This document shows, one piece after another, positions 7,462 to 15,154 of a DNA stretch of 15,939 nucleotides. The stretch comes from Chlamydiia bacterium. GTDB taxonomy: Bacteria; Chlamydiota; Chlamydiia; Chlamydiales; 2-12-FULL-49-11. Under the pieces are notes generated by a model. It made no database searches and was not told the origin of the DNA. It worked only from the letters and a program-made list of their open reading frames with translations. Each line of letters begins with the position of its first letter. Positions within the stretch are counted from its first letter, which is position 1. The translations under genes and the position numbers were made by a program. Location of the stretch: assembly GCA_044359535.1 (NCBI GenBank), contig JBIKLZ010000028.1:1-15939 (forward strand), written 5' to 3'.

Positions 7462-7463
7462 AT

Positions 7464-8246
7464 ATGGATAAAGAGCCAATTTTTTTAATGGATTCTCATG
7501 CCCATCTTTCTAGTGATGGATTTAAAATCGATGGAGAAAAGGCTGTAGAAAATGCTATGGCCCTTGGACATTTTAAGATTATCAACGTGTGTACAGAGGC
7601 AAAAGAATTAGAGGCCGGCTTATTATTAGAGAAAAAGTATCCATCAGTTGTAAAAAATGTCGCTGCAACCACCCCTCATGATGCGCATCTAGAAACTGAG
7701 GAGATATTTAATTATTTTCAGAAGATGGCCATGGAGAAAAAAATTGTGGGTATCGGCGAAACAGGATTTGATGATTTTATCGAACCTAATAATGTGGCTT
7801 TTCAAAAAAAGGTGTGTAGAAGGTATATTGATCTAGGGGTGCACACTTTATTGCCTTTAATTTTTCATGTTCGTGGGGATCAAGCATTTAAGAATCTATA
7901 TGAAGCGTTAGGGGAGTTTCCTCCAATTTCAGGGATGATCCACTGTTTTACAGGAAATGATCAGCAAGCAAAAAAGGCCTTGGATTTAGGGTTGTATCTT
8001 TCCATAAGTGGGATTGTCACCTTTAAAAAGTCTTCAGCATTGAGGGAAGTTGTAAAAAAAATCCCCCTTGATCGACTCCTTATAGAGACAGATTCTCCAT
8101 GGCTTTCTCCTGAAGGCTATCGGGGAAAACCCAATGAGCCAGCACATATAGTAAATATTGCTCAAACCCTTGCAACCATTTATGGGGTGAGTGTTTCAAA
8201 GATTCTATCAAAAACTTACGAAAATGGATCTATACTCTTTGTTTGA
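7464..8246 (+). CDS. tatD: TatD-family metal-dependent nuclease/hydrolase
   Basis: Motifs DSHAH, GIGETGFD, FHVRG, IHCFTG, ISGIVTFK, IETDSPWL and GKPNEP. Confidence 0.95.
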   Translation: MDKEPIFLMDSHAHLSSDGFKIDGEKAVENAMALGHFKIINVCTEAKELEAGLLLEKKYPSVVKNVAATTPHDAHLETEEIFNYFQKMAMEKKIVGIGETGFDDFIEPNNVAFQKKVCRRYIDLGVHTLLPLIFHVRGDQAFKNLYEALGEFPPISGMIHCFTGNDQQAKKALDLGLYLSISGIVTFKKSSALREVVKKIPLDRLLIETDSPWLSPEGYRGKPNEPAHIVNIAQTLATIYGVSVSKILSKTYENGSILFV

Positions 8247-8271
8247 GGTTAAATAGATCTTTCTGTAGACT
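8243..8271 (+). promoter_or_regulatory. Putative sigma70/sigma66 promoter of sdhCAB
   Basis: TTGAGG (8243-8248, overlapping the tatD stop), 17 nt, TAGACT (8266-8271). Confidence 0.5.
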
Positions 8272-8301
8272 GCACTCTTTAGTATCATAGTGAGGGTGTG
8301 T

Positions 8302-9315
8302 ATGGCAGCAGTAGTTTCCCATCGATTAGTGCCTAAGGCATTTGTTTGGAGGCGGCTTCATTCTTTAATGGGGCTGTGGTTTTTAATTTTTTTGATGGAG
8401 CATTTATTTACCAATTCACAAGCACCGATTTTTTTTGGGGCAAATGTCCTTTGGTTTGTTAACAGTGTCAATTTTTTGCACAGCATCCCCTATTTACCTG
8501 CTGTAGAGATCTTTCTTTTAGGGGTCCCAATGGGGATTCATGCCGTTTGGGGGGTTAAGTACATGCTTAGCTCTAAGTCAAATGTAAGAAATAAAGGGGG
8601 AAAGGCAAGTGTATTAAAATACGAAAGAAATAAGGCCTATTCTCTGCAACGGATTTCAGCGTGGATCATCCTTTTTGGAATAATTCTCCATGTGATTCAA
8701 ATGCGTTTTGTGATGTACCCTTATAAAATTCATAGAGGAGAAGAGTCTATGGCCTTTGGTAAATATAGGGTCGATTCAGGTCTTTATACTGTTGCCGCAG
8801 ATTTAAAGGTGTCTATCTATGATCAAGGGGCTATAGAGAAAGAGGTGAGCCAGCTAAAGGTGTTTGAAGGAAAAATGTCGGTAGTAGATGAGCGATTAGA
8901 AGAAATGAAGGATGTTGCTCAGGATCGATTTAATAAAGAGGAAAATGCCCTCTATAAAAGTCTATCCGCTTTTGAGGATAAAGAGGCTTTTGTAAAAGGT
9001 TTAACACATTTTACACTTAAGGAAAATGAAGTCATTATTGCTTCAAAAAAATCTGCCGATTTAATCCTTTTAAATGTTAGAGAGGCCTTTCAAAGTGTCC
9101 CTATGTGCATTTTTTATACCCTTTTTGTATTGGCCTCTGTCTTTCATGGGAGTAATGGATTTTGGACTTTTTGTATTACATGGGGATTGATCCTTTCTAG
9201 AAGTGCTCAGACAAAATGGGTGAGTTTTGCCTATGGCCTTGCCTTTGTTCTTAGCGCTTTAGGGATGTTGTCTATATGGGGAAGTTATTTTTTTAGCACA
9301 GGATATTATCATTGA
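8302..9315 (+). CDS. sdhC: Succinate dehydrogenase cytochrome b558 subunit (single-subunit, di-heme, Bacillus-type anchor)
   Basis: ATG 8302 with GAGGG SD. Motifs RRLHSLMG, EHLFTNS, IHAVWG, LQRISAW, LHVIQMR and FHGSNGFWTFCITWG; first gene of the sdh cluster. Confidence 0.93.
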   Translation: MAAVVSHRLVPKAFVWRRLHSLMGLWFLIFLMEHLFTNSQAPIFFGANVLWFVNSVNFLHSIPYLPAVEIFLLGVPMGIHAVWGVKYMLSSKSNVRNKGGKASVLKYERNKAYSLQRISAWIILFGIILHVIQMRFVMYPYKIHRGEESMAFGKYRVDSGLYTVAADLKVSIYDQGAIEKEVSQLKVFEGKMSVVDERLEEMKDVAQDRFNKEENALYKSLSAFEDKEAFVKGLTHFTLKENEVIIASKKSADLILLNVREAFQSVPMCIFYTLFVLASVFHGSNGFWTFCITWGLILSRSAQTKWVSFAYGLAFVLSALGMLSIWGSYFFSTGYYH

Positions 9316-11249
9316 TGAGCGAAAAAGGAAAAAAAGTCATTGTGATTGGTGGGGGATTAGCAGGGCTATCGGCGGCTATGAAACTTGCCGATCTTGGGTG
9401 TAGTGTAGATTTAGTGAGTTTAACAAATGTAAAAAGATCCCATTCTGTCTGTGCCCAAGGGGGGATTAATGTTGCTATTAATTTGATGGGGGAGATGGAT
9501 TCGGTCGATATTCATACCTATGACACAATTAAAGGGGGCGATTTTTTAGGGGATCAACCCCCCATTTTGGAGATGTGTTATAATGGACCGGCAATCATTC
9601 GAATGTTTGATCGATTGGGGGTCCCTTTTAATAGGAGGGCAGATGGACACCTTGATTTTAGACGATTTGGAGGGACGTTGTATAAACGGACAGCCTTTGC
9701 TGGAGCCTCCACCGGACAGCAATTGCTCTACGCCCTTGATGAGCAGGTAAGACGATTTGAAGTGAGCGGAAAAATTAAAAAGTATGAACATCATGAATTT
9801 ATGAGAGTTGTTATCGATGATGAGGGGATTGCTCGTGGTGTGGTGATTATGGATTTATACAATTCAAAATTAAGTACTTTAGAAGGGGATGGGGTCCTTT
9901 TAGCTACAGGGGGAAATGGGGTTATTTTTAAATATTCAACAAACTCCACCATTTGCACAGGGGCAGCAAATGCACGAGCCTACATGCAGGGGGTAAAAAT
10001 TGCCAATCCAGAGTTTATTCAGATACACCCAACAGCCATTCCTGGGGAAGATAAACTTCGATTAATGTCAGAATCTGCCCGTGGGGAAGGGGGGAGAATT
10101 TGGGTCTATGGGGATAGTTCGAAAAAAATTGAAGGGCCCACAGGGGAGTTTGTATCGTGTGGACAAACAGGGGAGCCTTGGTATTTCTTAGAGGAGTTAT
10201 TCCCCACATTTGGAAATTTAGTCCCTCGAGATGTGGCTTCTCGTTACATTATCAAGGTCGTTGAAGAGGCAGGTCTTGGAATTGATGGGAAAAAGCAGGT
10301 CTATTTAGACCTTACCCACCTTGATGAAAAGGCCCTTCATAAATTAGAGTCGATTTTAGAAATTTATCAAAAATTTACTGGCGAGGATCCAAGAAAAGTC
10401 CCTATGAAGATTTTTCCTGCGGTGCACTATACAATGGGTGGGATGTGGGTGGATTGGCCTGCAACAGGGGATGAGGATCGCTTTAGTCGCTACCGTCAAA
10501 TGACAAATATAAAAGGGCTTTTTGCTGCTGGAGAATGTGAGTTTCAATACCATGGAGCTAATCGATTGGGGGCAAATTCATTACTTTCCTGTGTTTTTGG
10601 AGGGATGGTTGCTGCCAATGAAATCTTTTTTTATATAGATGATATAGCCCATAAAAACAAAAAGGACTATCGGTTACTGTTTGAAGAAGCAATGGCTCAT
10701 GAGCAAGCAATAAAAGAGAATCTTTTGGAACGAAGCGGTGGAGAAAATGTCTATAAACTCCACGATGAACTTGCAGCTATTATGATCGCCCATGTCACTG
10801 TTGTTAGAAGTAACGAGGGGTTAAAACATGCTATTAAAGAGATTAAAAAAATAAAAGAGCGGTTTTTACATATCACGTTAGATGATAAAGGCTCAGTATT
10901 AAATCAAACATTGCAGTTTGCTAATCAATTTGGCCCAATGCTAGAAATGGCTCTATGTATTGCAAAAGGGGCTTTGATGAGAAATGAATTTAGAGGATCT
11001 CATTACAAGCCCGAATTTCCTAAAAGAGATGATGCCCACTTTTTGAAGACAACCATTTGTACATACGATCCTCATAGTGATGAACCTGAAATCTCCTATT
11101 TACCTGTCGATATCCGCCATTTAGATCCAGTTCTTAGGGATTATACAGTGGCAAAAAGGATGACCCCTCAATTAAAAAATGTACCAAAAGTCCCTCTTGT
11201 GACAGAGTTAGACTATGGACGTAGGGAGAAAAAATATGCACACGTTTAA
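9315..11249 (+). CDS. sdhA: Succinate dehydrogenase flavoprotein subunit
   Basis: ATG 9315 in a TGATG overlap with sdhC. Motifs GGGLAG, RSHSVCAQGG (FAD-attachment His), QIHPT, SESARGEGG, PRDVASR, HYTMGG and HGANRLGANSL. Confidence 0.97.
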   Translation: MSEKGKKVIVIGGGLAGLSAAMKLADLGCSVDLVSLTNVKRSHSVCAQGGINVAINLMGEMDSVDIHTYDTIKGGDFLGDQPPILEMCYNGPAIIRMFDRLGVPFNRRADGHLDFRRFGGTLYKRTAFAGASTGQQLLYALDEQVRRFEVSGKIKKYEHHEFMRVVIDDEGIARGVVIMDLYNSKLSTLEGDGVLLATGGNGVIFKYSTNSTICTGAANARAYMQGVKIANPEFIQIHPTAIPGEDKLRLMSESARGEGGRIWVYGDSSKKIEGPTGEFVSCGQTGEPWYFLEELFPTFGNLVPRDVASRYIIKVVEEAGLGIDGKKQVYLDLTHLDEKALHKLESILEIYQKFTGEDPRKVPMKIFPAVHYTMGGMWVDWPATGDEDRFSRYRQMTNIKGLFAAGECEFQYHGANRLGANSLLSCVFGGMVAANEIFFYIDDIAHKNKKDYRLLFEEAMAHEQAIKENLLERSGGENVYKLHDELAAIMIAHVTVVRSNEGLKHAIKEIKKIKERFLHITLDDKGSVLNQTLQFANQFGPMLEMALCIAKGALMRNEFRGSHYKPEFPKRDDAHFLKTTICTYDPHSDEPEISYLPVDIRHLDPVLRDYTVAKRMTPQLKNVPKVPLVTELDYGRREKKYAHV

Positions 11250-12003
11250 CTTAAAAATTTATCGAGGGGATAAAACAAAGCAATATTTTGTTGAATTTGA
11301 ATTAGATAGAAAGGAAGGGTTAAACGTCATCTCTGCTTTGATGGAGATCCAAAAAAACCCTATTACAAAAAGTGGGGAAAGGGTGGCTCCTATTGTGTGG
11401 GAGCAGGCCTGTTTAGAAGAGGTATGCGGCTCTTGCTCAATGCTTATTAATGGAAGGCCAAGACAAGCATGTACTGCCCTTATTGAAACGATTTTAAAAG
11501 AGGATAAGACAGATACTATTATTTTAGCCCCTTTTACAAAATTTCCTTTGGTGAGGGATCTTGTGGTTGATAGATCCTCAATGTTTGACAATTTGAAGAA
11601 AATTAAAGGGTGGGTCCCTGTAGAAGGATATCATAGTGAGGAGTTTGGGCCGGCTGTCTCTCAAAAAAAACAAGAGGCAATGTATGTTGAATCCACATGT
11701 ATGACCTGTGGGTGTTGTCTTGAAGCATGTCCTCAATTTGGACCAACATCTACATTTGTCGGGGCATCAACAATCAATCAAGTGAAGCTATTTAATGCAA
11801 ATGAAACTGGAAAATCTCTTAAAGAGGAGAGAATCACAGTGATGATGGAAGATGGGGGAGTTTCTGATTGTGGCAATGCCCAAAACTGCGTTCAAGTCTG
11901 CCCAAAAAAAATTCCCCTCACACAATCGATTGCTGCTATCGGTAAAGATGTGGTTAAAAGCTACTTTAATAGAAAGTTTGGATTATCTGAACACCTTGAT
12001 TGA
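11236..12003 (+). CDS. sdhB: Succinate dehydrogenase iron-sulfur subunit
   Basis: Likely start is ATG 11236 (MHTFNLKIYRG) with GGGAG SD; the track start is 11215. Fe-S motifs CLEEVCGSC...C, CMTCGCCLEACP and CGNAQNCVQVCP. Confidence 0.96.
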   Translation: MHTFNLKIYRGDKTKQYFVEFELDRKEGLNVISALMEIQKNPITKSGERVAPIVWEQACLEEVCGSCSMLINGRPRQACTALIETILKEDKTDTIILAPFTKFPLVRDLVVDRSSMFDNLKKIKGWVPVEGYHSEEFGPAVSQKKQEAMYVESTCMTCGCCLEACPQFGPTSTFVGASTINQVKLFNANETGKSLKEERITVMMEDGGVSDCGNAQNCVQVCPKKIPLTQSIAAIGKDVVKSYFNRKFGLSEHLD

Positions 12004-12609
12004 CCTATTTTTAATAGATTCAATAAATCCTTCTTTAGAAAGATGGGGTTTTATCGTTGTCAGAAATTCTTGATGAGGACGCTTGTTTCTGTAGCAAGGT
12101 TCTTTTGGAGGGTGTAAAAGGACCTCCATTTTTTCTGGGCAAAAATCCCATAAAAAGGAGGTGTGATGGACAAAACGGTCCCTTTTAATATACTGGGCAT
12201 TGCCCCCAATTTTTCTATCTTTAAGGGTGTAGTCGTTCCCCTGTAGATCCAAATCAGGGAGCAAAAGGGCCTTTTGATAAAAATCAATCGACCACTTCAT
12301 TAGGGTTTGGGGGAAAAGATCGACCCCCACATTTTTTTTGTTAAGGATAAATGAAACAACAATGCTATCTTTATCCAAAAGGACACACCCACCGGCTGAG
12401 AATCGTTGAATGATGGGAATCTTTTGTTCATACGCCTTTTTAAGGTCTATAACATCCTCTTTTTTTTGAGAGGATCCCATGACAATTGCTGTGGGAAGAT
12501 TTGTTCCAATGATGACATAAGGGTGAGGGTCATTACGAAGAAGGTCCTCTTCAATTTTAAGTTGTTCTTCTATAGGGGTATTTTCTAATTGGAGGATCTT
12601 AATAGACAT
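11983..12609 (-). CDS. lplA: Lipoate-protein ligase A family, catalytic domain only (208 aa)
   Basis: Motifs EQLKIEEDLLR, IIQRFSAGGCV, RKIGGNAQ and VHHTSFLWD; the chlamydial dnaB-gidA-lplA order is retained. Confidence 0.88.
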   Translation of the reverse strand: MSIKILQLENTPIEEQLKIEEDLLRNDPHPYVIIGTNLPTAIVMGSSQKKEDVIDLKKAYEQKIPIIQRFSAGGCVLLDKDSIVVSFILNKKNVGVDLFPQTLMKWSIDFYQKALLLPDLDLQGNDYTLKDRKIGGNAQYIKRDRFVHHTSFLWDFCPEKMEVLLHPPKEPCYRNKRPHQEFLTTIKPHLSKEGFIESIKNRSIKVFR

Positions 12610-13043
12610 TATGAATTGATCGAACTGATTTCAGAGGTTTTTACCACTTTATAGTGTAGCCCTTGGTAGCTTTTTAGGGTAAAAAAAAGTAAATATCCCC
12701 CAGAAACGGCTTGAACATCGACAATATTGTCTATTTTTTCCCCATTTAAAAGAGTAAAGATAATCGATCCTGTTTGCTTTGATTTAAGCATTGTAAAGGC
12801 GTGAATCCAATCCTTAGACACCTCTTTTGGATCCACAATCATTACATCCCCTGATGGAGAGGGGGTTTTCACTTGATTTGCAAGGACCATCGCATTTTCC
12901 TTTTGAGTTAGGGCATTATTGATGGTTGCATTTTGCGCATTGGCAGTTTGTTGCATCGCCGCAGAAACTAAAGGGCCTGTGTCTGCTGCTGAAGATAAAA
13001 GGAGTACAAAAGCGGGTAAAAAGCATTTGAGGGGGTGGATCAT
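12609..13043 (-). CDS. Exported hypothetical protein (144 aa) with a possible Sm/Hfq-like C-terminal domain
   Basis: AGGAG SD, signal-peptide-like N-terminus, Q/A/N-rich linker and beta-rich C-terminus; TAATG overlap with lplA. Confidence 0.75.
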   Translation of the reverse strand: MIHPLKCFLPAFVLLLSSAADTGPLVSAAMQQTANAQNATINNALTQKENAMVLANQVKTPSPSGDVMIVDPKEVSKDWIHAFTMLKSKQTGSIIFTLLNGEKIDNIVDVQAVSGGYLLFFTLKSYQGLHYKVVKTSEISSINS

Positions 13044-13133
13044 TGGTAAAAAATCTCCTAATAAGTTTAGAATCCTTTTTATAGCCTAGTTTTTAGAATG
13101 TCAAGTCAAAAAAAACTCATTTTCCAATAGACT

Positions 13134-14945
13134 CTAATAGCCTAAGGTGAGCATAAGGATGGAAATATCGGCTGGAGTGACCCCTTCAACCCGACTGGCT
13201 GCCCCTAAATTTTGAGGACGCACTTTTGAAAGACGCTCAGCTGACTCTTTACGAAGGGTTTTTATGTTAAAGTCAAAATCTTCGGCAATTTCTAAAGAAT
13301 CAAGTTTTTGAAGCTTTTCAAGCAATTTTGTCTGTCGAGAAATATATCCAGCATACTTGATTTCTATTTCTATCCTTTGAGCCAGTTCTGGGGCAAGTTC
13401 CTTTAATAGTTCAGGAAACAAAACTTGTACATCCCTATAGGTTGTTTCTGGCCGAGATAGAAATGTCGATAGGAGAACACTTTTGTTATCTATTTCTTTT
13501 CTTGTGGTTTGAAGAAGTGCTACTGTCTCATCAATACATTGCTGATCAAGGGTAAATTGCTCAAATTCTTGTTTAGAAACCAATCCAAGATGGTAGCCAT
13601 AGGGGGTTAATCGGGTGTCAGCATTATCATAACGAAGGTGCAATCTGTGCTCAGCTCGACTTGTAAACATCCTATAAGGCTCAGAAAGCTCTTTGGTGAT
13701 AATATCTTCAATAAGGACCCCAATATAGGATGTAGATCTTCCAAGAATAAATGGAGCTTTGTTTAAAGCGTTGTGAGCGGCATTGATCCCAGCAATCAAC
13801 CCTTGAGCAGCAGCTTCTTCATACCCTGTGGTCCCATTTACTTGCCCTGCAAAGAAAAGATTTTTAACAAGAAAGGTCTCTAAAGTCCCTTTAAGCTGAA
13901 GGGAGGTGACGTAATCGTATTCAATAGCGTAGGCAGGACGCACTATCTCAGCATTTTCTAAGCCAACAATTGTCCTTAGCATTTCTACTTGAACATCAAA
14001 AGGAAGGGAGGTTGAAATCCCTGCTGCATAGTACTCTTCTGTATGTAACCCCTCTTTCTCTAAAAATATTTGGTGGCGCACTCTATCCTTAAATCGGGTG
14101 ATTTTATCTTCATAAGAAGGGCAGTACCTTGGCCCTTTGCTTTGAATTTTTCCACTGTACATCGCACTTCTATGGAGATTTTTTTCAGCAATGGCTTGAG
14201 TGTTTTCATTGGTATAGGTGATGTAACAGGGGACTTGAGGTAAACGTGGAAGATCTTTTTTCCGAGAAAATGAAACGTGACTTTCTGTCTCCTGAACTTC
14301 AAGTTGTGAAAAATCGATGGTTTTTCCATGAATTCGAGGGGGAGTCCCTGTTTTTAACCGACCTAAAGTAAATCCCAATTTTTTTAGTTGATCGGAAATC
14401 GGGGAAGAGGGATCGCCCATTCGCCCCCCTTTAGAGGTTTTATCTCCAATGTGCATCAAACCCTGCATGAAGGTTCCTGCACAAAGGACAACTGCTGTTG
14501 CTTTGTAGATCACCCCATGAGGAGTAACCACCCCTTTGATGACCCCATCTTCAACAAGGAGTTCTTCAATAGATCCTTGCATAATCGATAAGTTCTTAGT
14601 GTTTTCTAAAAGATGTTTCATCTGATAAGAATACTCAAATCGATCGGATTGACACCTTGGAGCCCATACGGCAGGGCCTTTGGAATAATTAAGCATGCGG
14701 AAATTGATCCCTGTTTTATCAGCGATTTTTCCCATAATGCCCCCAAGAGCATCTATTTCTCGAACAATTTGACCTTTTGCAGATCCACCAATAGAGGGAT
14801 TGCAGCTCATTTTTGCAATAGAATCTAAGTTCATCGTTAGAAGGAGGGTTTTTGCCCCTATTTTAGCAGAAGCATGAGCTGCTTCGCAGCCAGCATGCCC
14901 TGCACCTATAACAATTACATCGAAGTTTTGAGGATAGTGCCACAT
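13134..14945 (-). CDS. mnmG: tRNA uridine-5-carboxymethylaminomethyl(34) synthesis enzyme MnmG (GidA)
   Basis: Motifs [51 protein letters not shown] and [11 protein letters not shown]. Confidence 0.98.
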   Translation of the reverse strand: MWHYPQNFDVIVIGAGHAGCEAAHASAKIGAKTLLLTMNLDSIAKMSCNPSIGGSAKGQIVREIDALGGIMGKIADKTGINFRMLNYSKGPAVWAPRCQSDRFEYSYQMKHLLENTKNLSIMQGSIEELLVEDGVIKGVVTPHGVIYKATAVVLCAGTFMQGLMHIGDKTSKGGRMGDPSSPISDQLKKLGFTLGRLKTGTPPRIHGKTIDFSQLEVQETESHVSFSRKKDLPRLPQVPCYITYTNENTQAIAEKNLHRSAMYSGKIQSKGPRYCPSYEDKITRFKDRVRHQIFLEKEGLHTEEYYAAGISTSLPFDVQVEMLRTIVGLENAEIVRPAYAIEYDYVTSLQLKGTLETFLVKNLFFAGQVNGTTGYEEAAAQGLIAGINAAHNALNKAPFILGRSTSYIGVLIEDIITKELSEPYRMFTSRAEHRLHLRYDNADTRLTPYGYHLGLVSKQEFEQFTLDQQCIDETVALLQTTRKEIDNKSVLLSTFLSRPETTYRDVQVLFPELLKELAPELAQRIEIEIKYAGYISRQTKLLEKLQKLDSLEIAEDFDFNIKTLRKESAERLSKVRPQNLGAASRVEGVTPADISILMLTLGY

Positions 14946-14947
14946 CT

Positions 14948-15037
14948 TTATGAATTTTTGTGACGATCTCTTCTACTTCTTTTTTTACGCTTATGCTTAT
15001 TTATTTTAAGCTTACGCTTTTTCTTCACTGAAGACAT
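14948..15037 (-). CDS. 29-aa basic protein of the bS22 / mS38 (AURKAIP1/COX24) small ribosomal protein family; below the ORF-track cutoff
   Basis: Hand translation gives [39 protein letters not shown] lies upstream, and the stop is 2 nt before the mnmG ATG. Confidence 0.85.
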   Translation of the reverse strand: MSSVKKKRKLKINKHKRKKRSRRDRHKNS

Positions 15038-15071
15038 ACTTAATACCTTTTCCTATAAAAAGTTTGTGATT

Positions 15072-15100
15072 AGTGTATAGATTGCCCTTGATTTTGTAAA
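15072..15100 (-). promoter_or_regulatory. Putative sigma70/sigma66 promoter for the small ORF-mnmG unit
   Basis: Minus strand reads TTTACA (15100-15095), 17 nt, TACACT (15077-15072). Confidence 0.6.
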
Positions 15101-15154
15101 GAAAAATAGGCAATTTATGAAAAGTTTCAGGAAGAGAGCTATAAAATAAAAAAT

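Noticed and set aside
13076..13109. Promoter upstream of the 144-aa ORF (TTGACA at 13104-13099 on the minus strand)
   Set aside because: The -35 is perfect, but TATAAA is only 15 nt away and the 17-nt position gives TAAAAA; too ambiguous to call.
2335..14828. Short alternative-frame ORFs in the track (e.g. 2335-2517, 3247-3444, 3736-3918, 5158-5358, 5996-6184, 6048-6278, 6513-6785, 7130-7321, 9546-9794, 10015-10209, 10356-10553, 11259-11591, 11852-12073, 12060-12287, 12406-12588, 14060-14329, 14388-14591, 14613-14828)
   Set aside because: They lie within, largely overlap, or run antisense to well-supported genes and show no recognisable motifs; they are treated as shadow ORFs.
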